From contig CAVQFA010000004.1 in the NCBI GenBank assembly GCA_963711735.1, forward strand, positions 4,872 to 68,871: 64,000 nucleotides of DNA, written 5' to 3'. The stretch is from Candidatus Gottesmanbacteria bacterium. GTDB lineage: Bacteria > Patescibacteriota > Microgenomatia > UBA10105 > UBA927. Every line of letters begins with the position of its first letter. The stretch's first letter is position 1. The translations under genes and the position numbers were made by a program. Below, piece after piece: positions 58,616 through 64,000 of the stretch. The notes beneath the pieces were generated by a model that was given only the letters and a program-made list of their open reading frames with translations, was not told where the DNA came from and ran no database searches.

Positions 58616-59935
58616 TCATTGTTCGTTATATACGAGGATTGTCCAAATTGATAGTAAAGAAATAATAAACAGAATCGCGAAATTGACGGTACGGAAAATT
58701 CTATTATGTTCAAACTTTGGAAATATTCCGGCAAGAGCACCAATTGCTACAATGCAGAGATACGTCCGAAACACGGGATATGAAAATCCTAACTTCTTAC
58801 CCCAGCTCTCCGCAAACATAGACAGACCTGTAACGACGAAAAACACCGCTGTAACAAAATAATTTTTATTTAAATACTCTTTCAAAAATACAGCTAATGA
58901 AATTGCCAGAAACGGATAAAACGGATAACGGTACCATCCGTGTAAAGGTTCGCTGGGGATGGCAAATACAAATATTGCACCGTACGACAAAAATCCTAAT
59001 ATTATCGGAAGATTTTTTTTGAGATTTTTGACAATGAGTAGCATCATTGATACCCACCCGAAATAAATCCATCCGTCAACCAAGGTTCGGTCGTCAACGA
59101 GTGGTTCCCGAAACATGACAAATAAACTGTCAAACGACATGGAATACCGGGCCAACTGTAACTTCCATAAGTTTATAAATACCTCTTTGTCTAATAATAA
59201 ACCGTATATAATAAATCCTGAGAACAAGATTGTTGTAGTAATTCCTATAGCTAATGCCGCTTTCCATTTTTTTGAAAAAATAAACATCGTCATTACCGCA
59301 ATCGATGCCGTAATCCAGGGAACTTTTGCAAGCGGAAGTAATGCACAAATAATTATTGTCACGAGTAAATCTTTTTGTGATGTGTGTTTTACGTATTTGT
59401 ACCCAAAATAGAGCGCCAGAAGAAAGAAAGGTATAAAAAAATTTTCGTTCTGGACGAGTCTGGAGCCGACTGCAACTGTCGGAATTATGGCGTAGATTCC
59501 GGATGCGATAAGTCCGATAACCTCACCATACACTGCTGAAGCTAATAAAAAAACGGAAAATATAGCAAGAATTCCTAACATAAGAGCAAGAGGACGGATT
59601 TTTGATACCGTAACCTGGTCGAAAGATGTAATACCGTTCAGTCGCGCAAATCCCCCTGCAATCAGACCGAATAATGGCGGGTGTTCCAAATACGGAGTTA
59701 CCAGTGTGAAATGCGCTCCCTGGGGATTAAAATACTCTACCCGCTTTTTATAAGCGGCATGCGGTGACCAGGATGTGGGAATTCCTTTTTCCCATATGCT
59801 AAGTCCCTGAAATGTCCACGCAAACTCGTCAAATGTTGCTCCCTCACGAGGCCAAATAGACAGATTATTGAAACGAATCAATCCTCCAATAATAAGAATT
59901 CCAAGTAAAATAGCATATGTTATCCGTTGTTTCAT
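58616..59935 (-). CDS. GT-C fold membrane glycosyltransferase, GT39/ArnT-like
   Basis: 439 aa, about 11 TM segments. The first loop has FDEFAW, a DE-type motif characteristic of the PMT/ArnT families. Confidence 0.55.
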   Translation of the reverse strand: MKQRITYAILLGILIIGGLIRFNNLSIWPREGATFDEFAWTFQGLSIWEKGIPTSWSPHAAYKKRVEYFNPQGAHFTLVTPYLEHPPLFGLIAGGFARLNGITSFDQVTVSKIRPLALMLGILAIFSVFLLASAVYGEVIGLIASGIYAIIPTVAVGSRLVQNENFFIPFFLLALYFGYKYVKHTSQKDLLVTIIICALLPLAKVPWITASIAVMTMFIFSKKWKAALAIGITTTILFSGFIIYGLLLDKEVFINLWKLQLARYSMSFDSLFVMFREPLVDDRTLVDGWIYFGWVSMMLLIVKNLKKNLPIILGFLSYGAIFVFAIPSEPLHGWYRYPFYPFLAISLAVFLKEYLNKNYFVTAVFFVVTGLSMFAESWGKKLGFSYPVFRTYLCIVAIGALAGIFPKFEHNRIFRTVNFAILFIISLLSIWTILVYNEQ

Positions 59936-59950
59936 ACGTATTAGTGTCGG

Positions 59951-61066
59951 TTATTTCATAGATGCATGAAGTAATGATAGACTTTGTTTCGTAACATCAT
60001 CCCATTTCAGACTATCGGCAAATGCTTTACCGTTTTTCTGATACAACTGATATTTAGAACTATCACCATATAAACGAATTGCTTCCCTGGCCATTTCCTG
60101 CGGGGAGTTATACTGCAGAACTACCCCGGTTTTTCCGTTTTTAACCACATCCTTCAAACCTTCTACGTTGTAAACAACAGATGGTGTTCCGACAGATGCA
60201 GCTTCCAGAACAACCAATCCCCACCCTTCTTTAACCGACGCATGCAGAAGTATGTGTGCATGTGACATTTCCTTAAATTTCTCTTTTTCAGAAACTCGGC
60301 CAACAAACACTACGTTATCGTGTGCGCCGTATTCGTCTATCATCATTTTAAGTTTTCTAATATAAAACTGTTCCCCGCTTCCGACAATTCTAAGCTGTGC
60401 TTGAGGAAAATCGTGAGATATAAATGAAAACGCCTTAATGACTTCTTCAATTCCTTTCATTTTCACAATCCTGCTGACAAAAAGAAATGTCGGTCTTATG
60501 GCTTTTTTCATTTTGAGATTCTGCGTAATAATTGTTGGATCATTTACGGATATCGGACAGGGAATTGCTATGCATTGATCAATAGGTATCCCTTTATGAA
60601 CTAATTCATTTATTGTTGACGGTGCGTCCGTCCAGAACAGACATGATTTATAGATTTTAAAATATAGCGTCTCGAAAAATTTTCCTATTATGTTAATCGG
60701 AAACGGAAACATAAAATCCCAAATATCTCCGGCTATTTCGTGTATAAATGCGACAACGGGTTTCCGTGTATATAAGGGAGTAAAAAACGGGATACCGTGT
60801 ATTTCATCAACTATTACATCAATATCTCTTTGATTCTTCAGAACGTAAAAGGGGGCAAGCAGATATACTCCAAAGGCATTACCACGCCTGATAATAGTAA
60901 CTCCGTCTATTGTTTCCAGGGATTTACACCCTTTAAACACAGACGTAAACCATGTAACTTTATGACCCGCCTTTACCCAACCTTTTGCGTGTTCGAGGGT
61001 GACTATTTCCGCCCCTCCGGATAATGGATTTTTCGGATCACGCCAATTAAGAATGAATATGTTCAT
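59951..61066 (-). CDS. Glycosyltransferase family 4
   Basis: 371 aa GT-B with the C-terminal motif EGWGLVVLEAASVGTPSVV. Confidence 0.8.
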   Translation of the reverse strand: MNIFILNWRDPKNPLSGGAEIVTLEHAKGWVKAGHKVTWFTSVFKGCKSLETIDGVTIIRRGNAFGVYLLAPFYVLKNQRDIDVIVDEIHGIPFFTPLYTRKPVVAFIHEIAGDIWDFMFPFPINIIGKFFETLYFKIYKSCLFWTDAPSTINELVHKGIPIDQCIAIPCPISVNDPTIITQNLKMKKAIRPTFLFVSRIVKMKGIEEVIKAFSFISHDFPQAQLRIVGSGEQFYIRKLKMMIDEYGAHDNVVFVGRVSEKEKFKEMSHAHILLHASVKEGWGLVVLEAASVGTPSVVYNVEGLKDVVKNGKTGVVLQYNSPQEMAREAIRLYGDSSKYQLYQKNGKAFADSLKWDDVTKQSLSLLHASMK

Positions 61067-62076
61067 ACACGTTTAACAGAATATCCGTCGTAAGGTGATT
61101 TTACAAATATGTGGAATATTAATCCATACGAATATATGCAGAGAGTAATCATGCATGCAAATGGGTGAAAAAACCACGCTATATCGGGCTTTTTTATATA
61201 ACCTATTATCATTTGGAATATGAGAGGAACGATTGTAATACAGGAAATGATGAAAAATATAAACCTATATATATTTAAACTTACCCATGGGTACGTTCTG
61301 AATTTCTTATAATAATAATAGTCCCTCACCCTCCTATACTGCTTACGTATAAAAGTCAAAACGTCTGAACCGCAGAAAACGTGAATAATTCCTATTTTGA
61401 CTTTTGCAAAAATAATTGGCTCCGTATATGCTAAATTTGCTATGACGTCAACGTCAAATAAGTAATCGTCTGTTATCCGGCGTCCGGAAAAAACTGATTT
61501 TCTGAATATCGTTCCGTTTGCTCCTATTGTCGGAATATTTCTTCCGCTTAAAGAAACATCTATCCAGTTTCCCTTATCTTTACTATACAGTGAAAGTCCG
61601 GTCCATGTTCCGGTTAAATAGGAATACCTGTCATAATTGCCCAAAAACAAACAAATTGGATCATTCATACCTAAAAGCGCACTGTAACGGGTGATAAACC
61701 CGTCAGATCTTCTGTATGTGTATTCTATCGGTTCACTTCCGATAACTCCGGAATCCCTCAGGGGTTCGACCATTCGTTTAAACCAATCTCTTGAGGGAAG
61801 TATATTGTCCGAATCGATAAACGCAAGTAATTCGTATTTAGCATGGCGTAACCCGATCGCTTTTCCGGTTTCCCCTGTTTTCAGCGGATTTCTATAAATT
61901 TTTGTAGGATACCGTTTGGCAATTTTCAGAGTATTATCTTTGGAACCGCCATCAATAATAAGTATCTCAATATTCTTCCGGGGAAATTCCTGAGCGACAA
62001 TTGATTCCAGACATTCCTGTAAGTACTCCTCTGAGTTTAACGTCGGAATGATGACAGATATTCGTAATAAATACAT
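61063..62076 (-). CDS. Glycosyltransferase family 2 with C-terminal TM helices (paralog of 52257-53237)
   Basis: ISVIIPTLN ... ILIIDGGSKDNT ... C-terminal WFFHP and TM segments. Confidence 0.75.
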   Translation of the reverse strand: MYLLRISVIIPTLNSEEYLQECLESIVAQEFPRKNIEILIIDGGSKDNTLKIAKRYPTKIYRNPLKTGETGKAIGLRHAKYELLAFIDSDNILPSRDWFKRMVEPLRDSGVIGSEPIEYTYRRSDGFITRYSALLGMNDPICLFLGNYDRYSYLTGTWTGLSLYSKDKGNWIDVSLSGRNIPTIGANGTIFRKSVFSGRRITDDYLFDVDVIANLAYTEPIIFAKVKIGIIHVFCGSDVLTFIRKQYRRVRDYYYYKKFRTYPWVSLNIYRFIFFIISCITIVPLIFQMIIGYIKKPDIAWFFHPFACMITLCIYSYGLIFHIFVKSPYDGYSVKRV

Positions 62077-62087
62077 TTTAGTAACAG

Positions 62088-63620
62088 TTACAGGTTAATA
62101 ATTTTTGGTGAAAAATCCGAAAGATGTCCGAAATACCTACGTAGCGCCATAAAATAATATTTAACATCAGACCAGTTTCTGACAGATGAAATTTTACGGA
62201 TAATATATGTGGGTGTTAAAAACACACTATACAATTCCCGGGTAAGTTGTAACATTTCGCTATCAGTAAGAGTTGATTTCATAATCTGTTTTCGCATATC
62301 ATAGTCTTCATAATTCGTAGTCAGCAACCATCCTTTTTCTTTACATTCCTTCCAAAGGGGTGTCCCGGGATACGGAATGACTATCGTTGCCTGCAGGGTA
62401 TCTACATACCCTTTATGAAAACATTTCCTCGCAAGAGCTATGGTACGTACAGCATCAGCATGCGTCTCCCACGGATATCCCAGCATGACCGTCAAGTGGG
62501 GTTCCAGACCAGCCTTTTTTGCCATACGGACACCCACCTCGATATTGTGTACCCTGAGTCCTTTATGAAGCTTATCGAGGGTTTTTTGGTTTGCCGATTC
62601 CATTCCGAAGAGTATGAAACGGAAGTTTGCCTGACCCATCAAATCATATTCTTCCTGTTTAAGGGCATTTAAGCGCATATTACAGCTATAGACGACCTTT
62701 TTGGAGTATCCGCTGTCAATCATAAGTCTGCAAAATGCACGTAAGTATGGACCGACCATAAACGTTCCGGCGTCATCAAATATTTCCTTCACGCCGTACG
62801 CGTCTACAACGTGTTTAACCTCGGCAAACAACCTTTCAGGGCTCATACGCCTATAGGTGCCTATCGGATTGATTGTGTGGTCCCAAATACAGAACGTACA
62901 GCGGTTCCACCAGCAATCCCTGCCTGAATACATATATGTCCCGGGTGTATATTTATAATTCCCGTTATGATACGCGTACAGTTTCCACTGTGTCAGATCC
63001 CGGTCTATAAGTGGTAAAGTATCGAGATTGTGTTTCAGGCTTGTGGGACCCGAGTTTGCATATTTTTTCTTATTTTTTCCTATTACTACCGCTTTTGGCT
63101 TATATTGTATTCTTCTGTCCCTTTCTCGCCACCAAATGCCACCCTCAAGCGGTACTTGGTTTGCTATGTGATCCAGAAGATTCGGTAATACGAAATCATA
63201 ATCCCCTCCTGTTATGACAAAATCTACCTGACTATTGTCAAATGATTCCGAAGGATCATATGTTACGTGATCGCCAACCAAAACTATCGCCATTGCCGGC
63301 ATTTCCTTCTTCAGCTGGTCTATTATTGCCCAGTGTTTCCTGATGACCGGGGATTTGGATTCCATCATCAGAATATCCGCCCTATATTCCCTTAGTTCCG
63401 ACAACCACGCTTCAATCGTCTGCTCCCGGGCAATACCGTCCATCCATTTCACTTCATATCCGTGAATCCTGGCATTTGTGGCGGCGTACGCGGGAACCAT
63501 AGGATATATGTTCGTTTTTGCATGAAAATACTGAAACTGCCTGTTTTGAGAGAGAAGCGGAGTACCTTTTGGGGACCCAAGCGGCGGATATCCTATTACC
63601 AGTTTTATTTTTTTGCTCAT
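62088..63620 (-). CDS. B12-binding-domain radical SAM protein
   Basis: 510 aa. The N-terminal half resembles the cobalamin-binding domain of class B radical SAM enzymes, and a Cys cluster reads RDCWWNRCTFC. Confidence 0.65.
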   Translation of the reverse strand: MSKKIKLVIGYPPLGSPKGTPLLSQNRQFQYFHAKTNIYPMVPAYAATNARIHGYEVKWMDGIAREQTIEAWLSELREYRADILMMESKSPVIRKHWAIIDQLKKEMPAMAIVLVGDHVTYDPSESFDNSQVDFVITGGDYDFVLPNLLDHIANQVPLEGGIWWRERDRRIQYKPKAVVIGKNKKKYANSGPTSLKHNLDTLPLIDRDLTQWKLYAYHNGNYKYTPGTYMYSGRDCWWNRCTFCIWDHTINPIGTYRRMSPERLFAEVKHVVDAYGVKEIFDDAGTFMVGPYLRAFCRLMIDSGYSKKVVYSCNMRLNALKQEEYDLMGQANFRFILFGMESANQKTLDKLHKGLRVHNIEVGVRMAKKAGLEPHLTVMLGYPWETHADAVRTIALARKCFHKGYVDTLQATIVIPYPGTPLWKECKEKGWLLTTNYEDYDMRKQIMKSTLTDSEMLQLTRELYSVFLTPTYIIRKISSVRNWSDVKYYFMALRRYFGHLSDFSPKIINL

Positions 63621-63649
63621 TTGAATAGTGAAAAATGAAAGTATATTAA

Positions 63650-63931
63650 TTATTCCTCATATTCTTCCGACACAGGTCTGTTGAAAAACAGAAAACCCTG
63701 AATAAACCGTAATCCGTACCACATATGTGTCATCAATACTGCAGGAAGTGAAAGTATTCCAACTACAATCTTCTTAGAATAATATGTAATCCATAAAGCA
63801 TTTAAAAACAATAAAATAAGATAGAAAATAAATACTATTGTTATACCGATGAAAATTTCCGTAAATACGGTATTTTTAGAAAGTAACGAAAAAAATAACG
63901 TACCGAAATACAGGATACTGCCTATAGGCAA
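63650..63931 (-). CDS. Small 3-TM membrane protein, hypothetical (may continue past the window edge)
   Basis: 93 aa hydrophobic ORF, co-directional. Confidence 0.3.
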   Translation of the reverse strand: MPIGSILYFGTLFFSLLSKNTVFTEIFIGITIVFIFYLILLFLNALWITYYSKKIVVGILSLPAVLMTHMWYGLRFIQGFLFFNRPVSEEYEE

Positions 63932-64000
63932 AAAAGCTGGTAAAAAGTATATTATACGCGCGGATGTCTTTGGAAAAATTCTGGCAAAATATCCCCTATG

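Noticed and set aside
58498-58743. 81-aa ORF bridging the 58.4-58.6 kb intergenic gap
   Set aside because: It overlaps the 3' end of the GT39-like gene in another frame and has AT-rich low-complexity translation. Likely spurious.
1-64000. Search for tRNA, rRNA, CRISPR repeats, IS elements and integrases
   Set aside because: No cloverleaf-compatible intergenic segments, no direct-repeat arrays and no transposase or integrase-like ORFs were found. Intergenic space is under 250 bp everywhere.

Overview
Every supportable gene in this 64-kb window lies on the minus strand. The six-frame ORFs on the plus strand are all antisense to recognisable genes and look spurious. Coordinates 1-18316 hold a division/cell-wall (dcw) cluster. 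Read in transcription order it is mraZ-rsmH-ftsL-ftsI-pgeF-murC-murB-murA-(GlmU-like)-(CvpA-domain)-(MBL)-(DUF360)-dgkA-mraY-murI-ftsW-murG-ftsQ-ftsA-ftsZ, with ftsZ cut by the window edge. This is non-canonical: murD, murE, murF and ddl are absent, and murC-B-A form one block. Upstream of mraZ I can see a sigma70-like promoter with three TGG[G/T] repeats at exact 10-bp phasing, which matches the known MraZ operator design. A small secreted protein, glyQS and recO follow at 18.5-20.9 kb. From about 20.9 kb to the window end there is a single-strand, tightly packed and often overlapping glycan-assembly locus of roughly 43 kb. It contains a DUF4012 protein, an initiating sugar transferase, a ManC-like nucleotidyltransferase, about 15 cytoplasmic GT2/GT4 glycosyltransferases, at least 7 large polytopic GT-C-like membrane proteins, SDR epimerases/dehydratases, a DegT aminotransferase, a DegT-family paralog with His in place of the PLP lysine, a PglD-like N-acetyltransferase, three class I methyltransferases and a B12-radical-SAM protein. 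The GT-C group includes two GT39/ArnT-like proteins, YfhO-like proteins and a 995-aa Wzy_C/O-antigen-ligase-like fusion. Within the locus I see two frameshifted genes, galE and a GT2 split at a T6 homopolymer. There is also a truncated GT4 N-domain remnant, a repeated GT2-then-GT-C module architecture, and strongly heterogeneous, mosaic GC content. Several perfect TATAAT hexamers sit 10-30 nt upstream of start codons, and there are palindromic candidate operators upstream of ftsZ and glyS. No rRNA, tRNA, CRISPR array or mobile element could be supported from the sequence.
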